Positions 28,050-36,977 of a stretch of 64,000 bases of DNA are shown piece by piece. The notes beneath the pieces are model-generated. The model saw nothing but the letters and a program-made list of their open reading frames with translations, was not told the origin of the DNA and did no database searches. The DNA is from an uncultured Oligoflexus sp. (GTDB lineage: Bacteria; Bdellovibrionota_B; Oligoflexia; Oligoflexales; Oligoflexaceae). The translations under genes and the position numbers were made by a program. Numbering within the stretch: the first letter of the stretch is position 1; each line of letters opens with the position of its first letter. The DNA lies in assembly GCA_964236955.1 (NCBI GenBank), contig CAXSGP010000003.1, forward strand, positions 1-64,000. Reading direction: 5' to 3'.

Positions 28050-28469
28050 ATGTATCGCATCCTGACTCTCACTATGTTCGTTCTCGCTCACTCTATTCCA
28101 TTGTCAGCTTTCGCTGGTGCTCCTACCAAAATAGATCCTGAAGTAAGAGTCCTTACGGCCATCGATAATATCTGTGGTGACACCTGGTGTGAAGGGGACT
28201 TTCAGTTTAGGTTTAATAAAGTGAGCTTTGACCGCAAGCAGCTTCAAACTGTTGTCGATTTCACGATGACTCCCTACGCAGCTGAAGAAGCTATCGCGTC
28301 CGACCCCGTTGCCTCAGATTCAAAGTTTGAAGTTCAATGCATCGTAGGTGGCTTTGCCGATGCATCGACCATTCTCAAGGGCAATGGTTCACTGGATGAA
28401 GCCTTCTATACTTCGCTCAGTGAATGCGTAAACAATTTTGAGTCCTTCCTTGTTAAGCGTTTGCCATAA
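28050..28469 (+). CDS. Secreted hypothetical protein (IDNICGDTWCEGD motif)
   Basis: GGAGG RBS; signal peptide; 4 Cys. Confidence 0.75.
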   Translation: MYRILTLTMFVLAHSIPLSAFAGAPTKIDPEVRVLTAIDNICGDTWCEGDFQFRFNKVSFDRKQLQTVVDFTMTPYAAEEAIASDPVASDSKFEVQCIVGGFADASTILKGNGSLDEAFYTSLSECVNNFESFLVKRLP

Positions 28470-28664
28470 TGGCAAGGATTGGGATTAGCGGACCGAAGCG
28501 CTGGAGTCGAAAGTTTATGGTCCAAATGCCCGATTGATCGCTATTTGAACAGGCGCCTCCTGATCCTCCTGGCTCAGGATCAAAGTACCCTTTGTGCCTG
28601 CTGCAATATTTGCTGCTGGCCCTCTCTTTTAGGTTTCACCATCGCAGCCGATGGCGTTCAAAAT

Positions 28665-29264
28665 TCAAATTAAAGGCGACTCAGCTCTCGACTGGGCCTG
28701 GGCCAGCTTTTTCTGGCGATGACGGCTGTAGACTCTTTCTGTAAGCCAGAAAACAATCGTCGCGACCACTGCAAGTACGGCGACCTCTTCCAAGTGAGGA
28801 TGTCGTCGCAGCATTTCTTTGAAACCGGCACCTAAGCCATAGCCAATGTAAGCGAAGGCGGTTCCCCAGACGACGACGCCGATCACGTTGAGTACCACAT
28901 ACGTTCTGAAAGGATATTTGACGACTCCAAGAAAAATAGGAGCCACCGTACGAATTCCATAGATAAATCGAAACGCGAATACAAAGAGCATTCCGTACTT
29001 GTCGAGCATGCGTTGAATGGCTCCCACTCGCTTCAAAAGTTTGGACCGTTTTTGAATGAATGGAGAACCATATTTTCGGCCCAGGCAATACCAAATAAGG
29101 TCGCCGGAAAATCCGCCGAGAATCGCGACGGCTATAACGATGGGAAGCGATAGCAATCCCTTATGCGCCATAGCTCCTGCAGCAATCAGTATCGTCTCTC
29201 CCTCGAGCAGCGTACCAATGCCAAGTGCGATATAACCCCATTCTAAAATCAGATGTTCGAACAT
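28665..29264 (-). CDS. DedA family membrane protein
   Basis: GTLLEGET, GDLIWY.LGR, FRFIYGIR. Confidence 0.92.
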   Translation of the reverse strand: MFEHLILEWGYIALGIGTLLEGETILIAAGAMAHKGLLSLPIVIAVAILGGFSGDLIWYCLGRKYGSPFIQKRSKLLKRVGAIQRMLDKYGMLFVFAFRFIYGIRTVAPIFLGVVKYPFRTYVVLNVIGVVVWGTAFAYIGYGLGAGFKEMLRRHPHLEEVAVLAVVATIVFWLTERVYSRHRQKKLAQAQSRAESPLI

Positions 29265-29678
29265 CGTCAGTAACCTCAGGCGAAACTCATTACTATCACT
29301 CGACTTTAGCCTGGTTTAACAGATGGGCGGCCGTCGATGCAACTTTTTTTATAAAAATTTGGGCTTAAAAGGCAGGACAAAATTGAATTTTGAAGGCCAA
29401 TCGTCCACGGAATGAAGGACTTGGCAAGTCGAAAGCTCCAAGTTTTTTGTAGGCAAAACGACCGCAGTGGTACCCAGTCGCAGCGGCGAATACCGGCCGG
29501 GGGTGCAGGGGCGGTAAGGAACGCGCTATTGTAATAAACGGGTAAGGGTTGCCGAAAGGCCAACCCGCAGCGCGAATTCGGGCCCTGCAGACCTTTGCTG
29601 ATTTGGCTTTAAAAAATCTCTGACTGGGCATGTAAGCTGGCGAAACTCGTCCTATTTAAATCACTTTCCAGTGCCGGT

Positions 29679-29705
29679 TAAGTTTTAAGGATTAAAGGTC
29701 GAACT
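29679..29705 (+). promoter_or_regulatory. Sigma28/FliA-like promoter (variant)
   Basis: TAAG-N15-GTCGAACT upstream of the CHASE4 cyclase. Confidence 0.35.
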
Positions 29706-29740
29706 AGAGTTTCTCGCTCGATACTGTTTATCCATAAGGA

Positions 29741-31495
29741 ATGGTTTCGTATATGCTGCATTCTCTCCGAAGCAAAACCATTTGTATGATTGGCGTTACA
29801 TTAATTGGCCTTCTTTTAATACTTGGCAGCATTTCCCGATCTATTCTGCTTGACAGCTTTCTGAAACTCGAAAGGGATGATGCCCTTCAACATATATCGC
29901 GAGTGACCAGGAGTATAGCGGAGGATCAATCCACCATCGATGGAAGTACAAGGGATCTAGCCTACTGGGACGATGCCTATGCCTTTGCCAAGAGCCCCAA
30001 GAAATCCTTTATCGAGGCAAATTTCAGTGAGGACACCTTCAAGATCAATAGATGGAACGTCGTGATGTTCCTCGACAACAGAGGAAAGATTCTTTACGGG
30101 CAGGGTTACGATCTGAAGGCCGGCCATTTGACCAAGCTGCCGCTATTATGGAGCGGAAAGAAATTGCCGGATCTGCAGAAGCTCAGACCCCATGAACTTA
30201 CTGGTTCCGTAGCCGGATTCATGCAGCTCGATGAAGGGCCGCTTATCATTTCGGTGCGAAACCTTTTGCCAACTAATATGAAAGGCCAGCCTGCAGGCTT
30301 GATGATCACCGGACGGTTTTTTGATGATTCACAAGTCCAGCGGCTTTCTGATTTTACTCGGGTACCGCTCAAAGCCAGGCTCTGGAGTCAGCCATTGGAT
30401 AAAGATACATCTCAAGCGAAAGCAAAATTCAAGACGCCTTTTGCGGAACCATTGATCGGGAGCATGGATGAGGAGAACCTGCGTGCCTGGTGTATAATTA
30501 AGGGCCTTGACGCCAGGCCGTTTCTCTTAATGCGCCTTGATCTTCCGCGCAACATCTATATGAAAGGCAAGCAAAGCCTTTATTATCTCTTGAGCGCCGT
30601 CGTACTTTCCAGTTTGGTTTTTGGGGGGGCTGTCCTATGGCTCCTGGAAAAATTTGTTTTGGTACGCGTTATCCAACTGTCTCTACAGGTCAAGGCCATA
30701 GGCCAGGCCAAGACCTTGAAGGGACGCGTGCAGGTACTCGGTAACGACGAGCTTAGTACCTTAGCGTTGCATATGAATACCACATTGGAGGCCCATGAGA
30801 AGCTGCATAGCCTTCTCGATGTAGAAAGGCGGAAGACCCAAAGGCTTTTGATCAATATTTTGCCAGAGTCAGTTGCGGAACGCTTGAAGGAGAGGCATGA
30901 AACGATAGCGGAATCCTATTCCGACGTCACGGTTCTCTTCGCTGATATTGTCGGCTTCACTGAAATGTCGGCCTCAATTAGCCCCGAAAACGTCGTTGGC
31001 TTCTTAAATGATATATTCTCGCTGTTCGATCATTTTGTCGAAGAAAGAGGCTTGGAAAAGATAAAGACCATAGGTGATGCATATATGGCAGTGGGCGGCT
31101 TGCCTAAACATCGCGTTGATCATGCATCGGCCATTGCCCATCTGGCGTTGGACTTTATGGAATGTCTTGACGCATTTAACAAGAACCGTCTCTTTCCAGT
31201 CCGTTTGCGTATCGGAATCAATACAGGTTCGGTCGTAGCAGGTGTCATTGGGAAGAAGAAATTTCTTTATGACCTTTGGGGTGACGCGGTAAATACTGCC
31301 AGCCGTATGGAATCCAGCTGCCTTCCCAATAGTGTTCATGTAAGTGAAGAGACCTATACTTTACTAAAAGACGAATTTGATTTTTCCTGCCGGGGAACAG
31401 TTGAGATCAAAGGCAAAGGTCCGATGACAACTTATTTTTTACTCGGTAGAAAGGCCGACGCCGAGAGTCATTTTGAACATTTGATTGCGTCTTGA
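29741..31495 (+). CDS. Membrane adenylate cyclase: CHASE4-HAMP-class IIIa cyclase
   Basis: DLAYWDDAY (CHASE4); NDELS.LA (HAMP); FADIVGFT, EKIKTIGDAYM, YDLWGDAVNTASRME with the ATP-specifying K/D pair. Confidence 0.92.
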   Translation: MVSYMLHSLRSKTICMIGVTLIGLLLILGSISRSILLDSFLKLERDDALQHISRVTRSIAEDQSTIDGSTRDLAYWDDAYAFAKSPKKSFIEANFSEDTFKINRWNVVMFLDNRGKILYGQGYDLKAGHLTKLPLLWSGKKLPDLQKLRPHELTGSVAGFMQLDEGPLIISVRNLLPTNMKGQPAGLMITGRFFDDSQVQRLSDFTRVPLKARLWSQPLDKDTSQAKAKFKTPFAEPLIGSMDEENLRAWCIIKGLDARPFLLMRLDLPRNIYMKGKQSLYYLLSAVVLSSLVFGGAVLWLLEKFVLVRVIQLSLQVKAIGQAKTLKGRVQVLGNDELSTLALHMNTTLEAHEKLHSLLDVERRKTQRLLINILPESVAERLKERHETIAESYSDVTVLFADIVGFTEMSASISPENVVGFLNDIFSLFDHFVEERGLEKIKTIGDAYMAVGGLPKHRVDHASAIAHLALDFMECLDAFNKNRLFPVRLRIGINTGSVVAGVIGKKKFLYDLWGDAVNTASRMESSCLPNSVHVSEETYTLLKDEFDFSCRGTVEIKGKGPMTTYFLLGRKADAESHFEHLIAS

Positions 31496-31653
31496 ATCAA
31501 ACCCGGTCTTTTGCGTAGCCAATCACCCCGCTTCGCCTGAGCTGACTTTGCCTTATATCAATGAGGCGTCAGCCCGTCGCTCAATGCCGGTCATCTGCAA
31601 AGGTGAAGCATGCATCCGGGGCGTAAGGGATACGCTATTGTTTATCTTTTAGA

Positions 31654-32853
31654 TCATTTGGCCTTAATGGGCTGCCGAACGGCCGGCCATGGCGTAGGAA
31701 ACTCAGTCGGATCAAAACCAAAACTATCGCCTATCTTCAGCTGCCTCTGGCCTTTGCGCACGAAGACAATAGCGCCCTCCTGGATCGCGAAACCACGCGG
31801 AGATTTCAAATTTAATCCCGACCCATAAAAACCTACGACATGGCCTTTGACGAATCGGTCGCCGTCTTCAAAATAAAGCCTGTCATTCATATCAAGCCCC
31901 CAGGCGCGGCCACGATCGAGATAGACCCAGGCTCCATAGATCTTCGCTACTTGCGGCAGGTCCTTGGCCAAGAGCTGATTGCGGGTATCGCTTAGAATTT
32001 TTTGTAACTCGGCTGGGATGGCAATTCGGTTTTCGCTGGCTTTTATTTCAAAAATCATTGGCGACCGAGGCGACATCTTGCTGCCAAGCACCGACTCGCT
32101 GGCAAGGACAAGGGCCTCTAATCTGGGGCCAGTAGGGTTCATTCCCCAGTCGACAAGCAGGGTGCGGGTACTGCGTTTAACCTGGCTGGCGGGGAAAAGG
32201 TTTTGGCGGAGCCGGTAGCCCTCAAGCAAATCGAGGGGAGTAGGGACCATCATCGTTTTTTGAAGTTCGTGAGCGACCAGCATATTCAAGCATTCGTGCG
32301 TGCCGACAATAGTATTGTGACTGCTTCGGAGCAGGCCCAGATCAAGTTTAAAAGCCGCAGCTTCCTTATCCGGGAGATGAATGCCGGCATTGAGTTCGGA
32401 TGCCCATGCTGCGTTTATCGCTAAGGGTGCACCGCCTTCGCCCTCCCATGCTGACCTGCTGGTGAATTGCTGCCTGGAGGAGAGCAGAAAGTTATCGCTG
32501 AGTCCCGCGAGTTCAGTTGCGACAATTATGCTTTCGTCAATTCGACATATAATAGGGATTACGTAGCTGGGAACAATGATAGGAGCCTTGCCAGTGGCGA
32601 CGCGATGCAGGCTATGTTTAAGGTTATAGGGCAGGACCCGTCCCTGGGCTTCCAACCAAAGATCAAGGGATTGTGAGTTCGGCAGAATGTTTTGCAGCAG
32701 TTGAGCGTGAAGCGCTTCCAATTTTTTGGCGTTCCTTGTCGCGAATTCATTGTCGAGTCCTATCAATTGCCAGGGTAAAACACTTAAGTCTGGCACTTTT
32801 GCCTGAGCAAAGGCAGAACTGGCAAGGCTTAGACAGAAAATGAGCCCCGTCAT
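31654..32853 (-). CDS. Exported hypothetical protein, C-terminus FlgT_C-like; start uncertain (up to 33021)
   Basis: Signal-like CLSLASSAFAQ; VAKIYGAWVYLDRGRAWGL..D motif. Confidence 0.65.
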   Translation of the reverse strand: MTGLIFCLSLASSAFAQAKVPDLSVLPWQLIGLDNEFATRNAKKLEALHAQLLQNILPNSQSLDLWLEAQGRVLPYNLKHSLHRVATGKAPIIVPSYVIPIICRIDESIIVATELAGLSDNFLLSSRQQFTSRSAWEGEGGAPLAINAAWASELNAGIHLPDKEAAAFKLDLGLLRSSHNTIVGTHECLNMLVAHELQKTMMVPTPLDLLEGYRLRQNLFPASQVKRSTRTLLVDWGMNPTGPRLEALVLASESVLGSKMSPRSPMIFEIKASENRIAIPAELQKILSDTRNQLLAKDLPQVAKIYGAWVYLDRGRAWGLDMNDRLYFEDGDRFVKGHVVGFYGSGLNLKSPRGFAIQEGAIVFVRKGQRQLKIGDSFGFDPTEFPTPWPAVRQPIKAK

Positions 32854-33205
32854 GCAGATCACGAAAGAATTGTTCAAAATTCTTTCATTTTCCCTTTGCG
32901 TCGACGGCAAATTCCGTTTACAAATTGTGAGTGCCATATAAATGTATGGCTCACTTTTTTTCCTCCATAGGTCTCGCAAGTACTGCATGGTTGTCTCTTT
33001 AGTTTTCAAACGAGAGTACAAAAAGTGAACTTTGGTTTTAGCGCTCCCGCAGTCGTTCTATAGGAGGCATATTGTCCTTATGCAATGGGTATCGGCAGCT
33101 TGACTTAGAGAATGAAGAGCAGACAGACAAAGCTTCTTCAGGCATTCTGTATAATCGAATTGAGCGTTTCATTGTCGGCGAAAAACCCAGTAATAAGGAC
33201 ATAGT

Positions 33206-33919
33206 TTGCATCCATTTACAGAGATAATGCGCGGGGGCAGGACTTACTGGAAAGGCGTTAAATGGCTTACAAAACATCCCATTTATTTACTTTTTCTCCT
33301 TATCCCAAGTGTTCTTGGCTTGCTGGGTGTGATTGGCGCAGGGATTCTCTTTTTTAAATACTATTCGGAGCTTGTCGGATTTTTCTTGTTTAAGCCGGGT
33401 CAAAGCTGGGCATGGATTATCCTTTACTACTTAGCTTTGCTGCTTTTTCATGTAGGGGCCTTTATTGCTATTCTTCTGATCGGCCTGACTGTGAGCAATG
33501 CTGTGGCCGCGCCGATTTATGAAGCCATTTCGCAAGCGATAGAAAAGGAATTCTTTCCTGCTTTCAGAGGTGAGCTATCGTTTTGGCAATCTTTTAGGCT
33601 GGTGCCGGAGGAGCTTCAGAAAATGCTCCTGATAGGGTTTTTGTCCCTGGTATTTTTTCTGGTGCCAGGGCTAAATCTTCTAGCCGTCTTCGGTACTGCG
33701 TTTCTGGTCGCATGGGACTTCTATGATTATCCATTGGCGAGGCGTGGATTAAAGTTTAAGGAGCGTTTCCAGCTTGCCAGGAGCGATGTTTGGGCTATGG
33801 TGGGAATGAGCTTATGGTTCATGATTCCTATTTTGCAGATCATACTCGTACCAATGGCTGTTGTGGGAGGGACTCTTCTGGGTCTCGAAAAGCTCGCTAA
33901 GCAAGAACGTAGAGTTTAA
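33206..33919 (+). CDS. EI24/CysZ-domain membrane protein
   Basis: AVAAPIYEAIS..IE, WDFYDYPLARR, P.AVVGGT. Confidence 0.85.
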   Translation: MHPFTEIMRGGRTYWKGVKWLTKHPIYLLFLLIPSVLGLLGVIGAGILFFKYYSELVGFFLFKPGQSWAWIILYYLALLLFHVGAFIAILLIGLTVSNAVAAPIYEAISQAIEKEFFPAFRGELSFWQSFRLVPEELQKMLLIGFLSLVFFLVPGLNLLAVFGTAFLVAWDFYDYPLARRGLKFKERFQLARSDVWAMVGMSLWFMIPILQIILVPMAVVGGTLLGLEKLAKQERRV

Positions 33920-33963
33920 AATTTTCATAAAGAGTTGGAATTTATTCCAATTATAAGGAGAAC

Positions 33964-35067
33964 GTGTCTATGGGTTTTGAAAACGTAGCGGAGCGCACAA
34001 AAGCGATTGATGCGGCAGTCAGTTCCATAGAGAAGCAGTTCGGTAAGGGCGCCATTATGCGCCTTGGCACTGCGGAACAGGAAGCAAACAAAGTCGAAGC
34101 AATTTCGACAGGCTCGATCTCCCTCGATGCAGCGCTGGGAATAGGTGGTATTCCCCGTGGTCGTATCGTTGAGATTTATGGACCGGAGGCCAGTGGTAAA
34201 ACCACTCTGACTCTTCACATTGCTGCAGAAGTTCAAAAGGCTGGTGGTGTCGCGGCTTTTGTTGATGCCGAGCATGCGCTTGATACATCGTATGCGAAAC
34301 GCATTGGTGTCAACCTTGAAGAGCTGTTGGTGTCACAGCCAGACACCGGTGAGCAGGCTCTTGAGATCGTCGATATGCTGGTCCGTAGTGATGCGGTTAG
34401 TATTGTCATTGTCGACTCAGTGGCGGCTTTGACTCCTAAAGCTGAGATCGAAGGTGAGATGGGTGACATGCATGTCGGTCTTCAGGCTCGACTTATGTCT
34501 CAGGCTTTGCGTAAGCTGACAGCATCGGTTGCGCGCTCGAACTGTACGGTCGTCTTCATCAATCAGATTCGTATGAAGATTGGTGTGATGTTTGGGAGTC
34601 CGGAAACGACGACTGGTGGTAACGCGCTGAAGTTCTATTCGTCGGTTCGACTCGATATTCGTCGTGTCGCATCGATCAAGCAGGGTGACGAAGTAATCGG
34701 TAACCACGTGCGTGTCAAAGTTGTTAAAAACAAAGTTTCGGCTCCTTTCCGGGAAGCTGAGTTCGATATCATGTTCGGTCAAGGTATCTCCAAAATTGGA
34801 GACCTTATCGATTTGGCGGCGACTCATGAGATCATCAGTAAAACTGGCGCTTGGTTCTCCTATAAAGAGCAGCGTCTTGGTCAAGGCCGTGAAAAAGCCA
34901 AAGAGTTCTTGGAAAGCAATCCTGAAACTCTAGCCACGATCGAAAATGCCCTTAAGATGAAACTGGGTTTTGGCCTTGAAAAGGTCACCACTGATAAGAC
35001 GATCAATGCAGCTCCCGATCGTGGCGAATCCAAGCCTGCCCGTGCAAAAAAGGCTGATAAGGAATAG
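33964..35067 (+). CDS. recA: Recombinase RecA
   Basis: [69 protein letters not shown]. Confidence 0.99.
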   Translation: MSMGFENVAERTKAIDAAVSSIEKQFGKGAIMRLGTAEQEANKVEAISTGSISLDAALGIGGIPRGRIVEIYGPEASGKTTLTLHIAAEVQKAGGVAAFVDAEHALDTSYAKRIGVNLEELLVSQPDTGEQALEIVDMLVRSDAVSIVIVDSVAALTPKAEIEGEMGDMHVGLQARLMSQALRKLTASVARSNCTVVFINQIRMKIGVMFGSPETTTGGNALKFYSSVRLDIRRVASIKQGDEVIGNHVRVKVVKNKVSAPFREAEFDIMFGQGISKIGDLIDLAATHEIISKTGAWFSYKEQRLGQGREKAKEFLESNPETLATIENALKMKLGFGLEKVTTDKTINAAPDRGESKPARAKKADKE

Positions 35068-35069
35068 TC

Positions 35070-35564
35070 GTGAAGCAAGCTACTGAGTTGTTTCATAACG
35101 GTAGCTTAGATCTGAGGTCAAAGGACTGGCCTCGTCGCGAATCGGAAGAGAGGCTGAGTGTGAGCAAAGTTCTCCTGTTTCTACCCGTAACAATTATCGC
35201 TGATCAGGAATGCTGGCAAAGCATTCGTCAGTGGATGAGAACGGCCGGGCTTACTTGGGACAAAGTTCGCTGCACCCCAGCAAGTATCTATGAATCGTCG
35301 GTCAAGCAAAACGAAGTGAAGGCGGCTCTCAAGCTGCTGCGTAAAGGAAGTTTTGACAAAGTCGTCTTTGCCAGACTCCCGAATAACTACGAGACTAATC
35401 TTGACTGGCTTATGTTTGCAATCAGCTGTCAGACTCAAAAAGTAGTTCTCGAAACTCTTGATGGCCCCTTGACCTTACCGCCTAGTGCGCAAAAACTAGC
35501 GGCGCATTACAATACAATGGCTAAGAAGCCTTCTCCGACACCGTCTAAGTCTCAGGTTTTATAA
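35070..35564 (+). CDS. Hypothetical protein, possibly a degenerate serine-recombinase catalytic fold
   Basis: Starts 2 nt after the recA stop; ALKLLRKGSFDKVVFARL...V.LETLD pattern. Confidence 0.6.
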   Translation: MKQATELFHNGSLDLRSKDWPRRESEERLSVSKVLLFLPVTIIADQECWQSIRQWMRTAGLTWDKVRCTPASIYESSVKQNEVKAALKLLRKGSFDKVVFARLPNNYETNLDWLMFAISCQTQKVVLETLDGPLTLPPSAQKLAAHYNTMAKKPSPTPSKSQVL

Positions 35565-35580
35565 TCTTCCAAAGTTAATT

Positions 35581-35620
35581 ATAGTCTCTTTCCTTTTAGG
35601 AGAGAGGCTATTCTTTTTTT
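35581..35620 (+). terminator. Intrinsic terminator of the recA operon
   Basis: atagtctctttcct-ttt-aggagagaggctat followed by a T-run. Confidence 0.7.
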
Positions 35621-35954
35621 GAACCGTCAGCTTTTAAAAAATTCAACTGATCAAACCACCCGCTGTTCAAGCCATCCAATAAATAAAAAACTCAAAAGAG
35701 CTACCCAACGGTCTTCTTAGAAAAATTGATGCCTGGAATGCATGGGGAGAAAGGGTAAGCAATATTTACCCGACTTTAAAAAAGGTGAGAGAAATTTTTG
35801 GAAAAAATTCGCTGAAAAGCAATGGGTAAATCTCAACTCTCATCTAGGCCGTGTCAAACCTAGTAAGTCAAAAGTTTAGTATTATGAAATTGAATTGGCT
35901 GGCCGACCAACTATGATTGTTAGTAGTACATAACCTTTGAGAGGAACTGAGAAG

Positions 35955-36836
35955 ATGCTAGCAAAACTATTGCGTTCGGTTTTAGCCGTTGCCTCCCTGG
36001 TAGGAAGTGCTGCGTATGCGGATTTTCTTCCTCCGAACAATTTGCATCTACAGGACAATAAACGTGCGGTTGCTAACATCACTGAAGCTCAGTTCAACGC
36101 CATCATTGATGAAGCCGTGGCCTACTATGAGCCATTCCTGAAAGTTCATTTCAATAGTAAGCTGATCGTCAATCGTCGTTGGACAGATTCTACTGTCAAC
36201 GCTAGCGCCACTCAGTATCTCAATTCATGGACGGTCAACATGTACGGGGGCTTGGCTAGACGGTCTGAAACAACCTTAGATGGCTTTGCCCTTGTGCTTT
36301 GCCATGAAATCGGTCACCACCTGGCCGGCTATCCTTTTGCATCGACATGGGCTAGCGATGAAGGTGCTGCGGATTACTTTGCAACAGAAAGCTGCGCCCA
36401 CGATCTGTGGAAAACTCAAATCGAGAAAAATGCTTTGGCACGCGCCGAAATCGGCGAATATCCAAAATCGCTTTGTGATGCATCCTGGAAGACTGAAGCC
36501 GATCAAAACCTTTGCTATCGGACGCTGCTGGGCGGAAAATCCCTTGCCAATCTCCTCTCTACTCTGGGTGGGACAACTGCTGACTGGACGACGTCTGATC
36601 CATCGGTTGTAAGTACGACGAACCACGCTCACCCAGCTGGTCAGTGCCGTTTGGATACCTACATCGAAGGCGCACTCTGTGTTCAAAAATTTGATGCCTC
36701 GGTCATTCCCGGCAAGGACCTTGGCAGCAAAAGAAATACGGCGGCCGCTGAAGAAGCGACAGGCAAATACACATGTTTGAGACAAGACTTTACTGTAGGT
36801 ACAAGACCGCTTTGCTGGTTTAAGCCACTCCTTTAA
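35955..36836 (+). CDS. Secreted zinc metallopeptidase (M48-like, HExxH)
   Basis: Signal peptide; VNASA..V.MYGGLAR, LVLCHEIGHH, EG.ADYFA, HP..QCRLDT. Confidence 0.85.
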   Translation: MLAKLLRSVLAVASLVGSAAYADFLPPNNLHLQDNKRAVANITEAQFNAIIDEAVAYYEPFLKVHFNSKLIVNRRWTDSTVNASATQYLNSWTVNMYGGLARRSETTLDGFALVLCHEIGHHLAGYPFASTWASDEGAADYFATESCAHDLWKTQIEKNALARAEIGEYPKSLCDASWKTEADQNLCYRTLLGGKSLANLLSTLGGTTADWTTSDPSVVSTTNHAHPAGQCRLDTYIEGALCVQKFDASVIPGKDLGSKRNTAAAEEATGKYTCLRQDFTVGTRPLCWFKPLL

Positions 36837-36844
36837 TACACTTG

Positions 36845-36876
36845 GGGGAGGAAGCCCTAGGCTTCTTCTCTTCTTT
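36845..36876 (+). terminator. Intrinsic terminator
   Basis: gaggaagcc-cta-ggcttcttc followed by pyrimidines. Confidence 0.5.
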
Positions 36877-36977
36877 ATCCTCTCGCTAAGCTCTGCTCAA
36901 GTCCTACGCACTTCCCAAAGAAAGCCGCAAAGCCTCCCGATCGACCCAAGCAAAAAATGAACAATCCCATGCCTCCA

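Noticed and set aside
33920..33963. LexA/SOS box before recA
   Set aside because: No convincing palindrome in the short spacer
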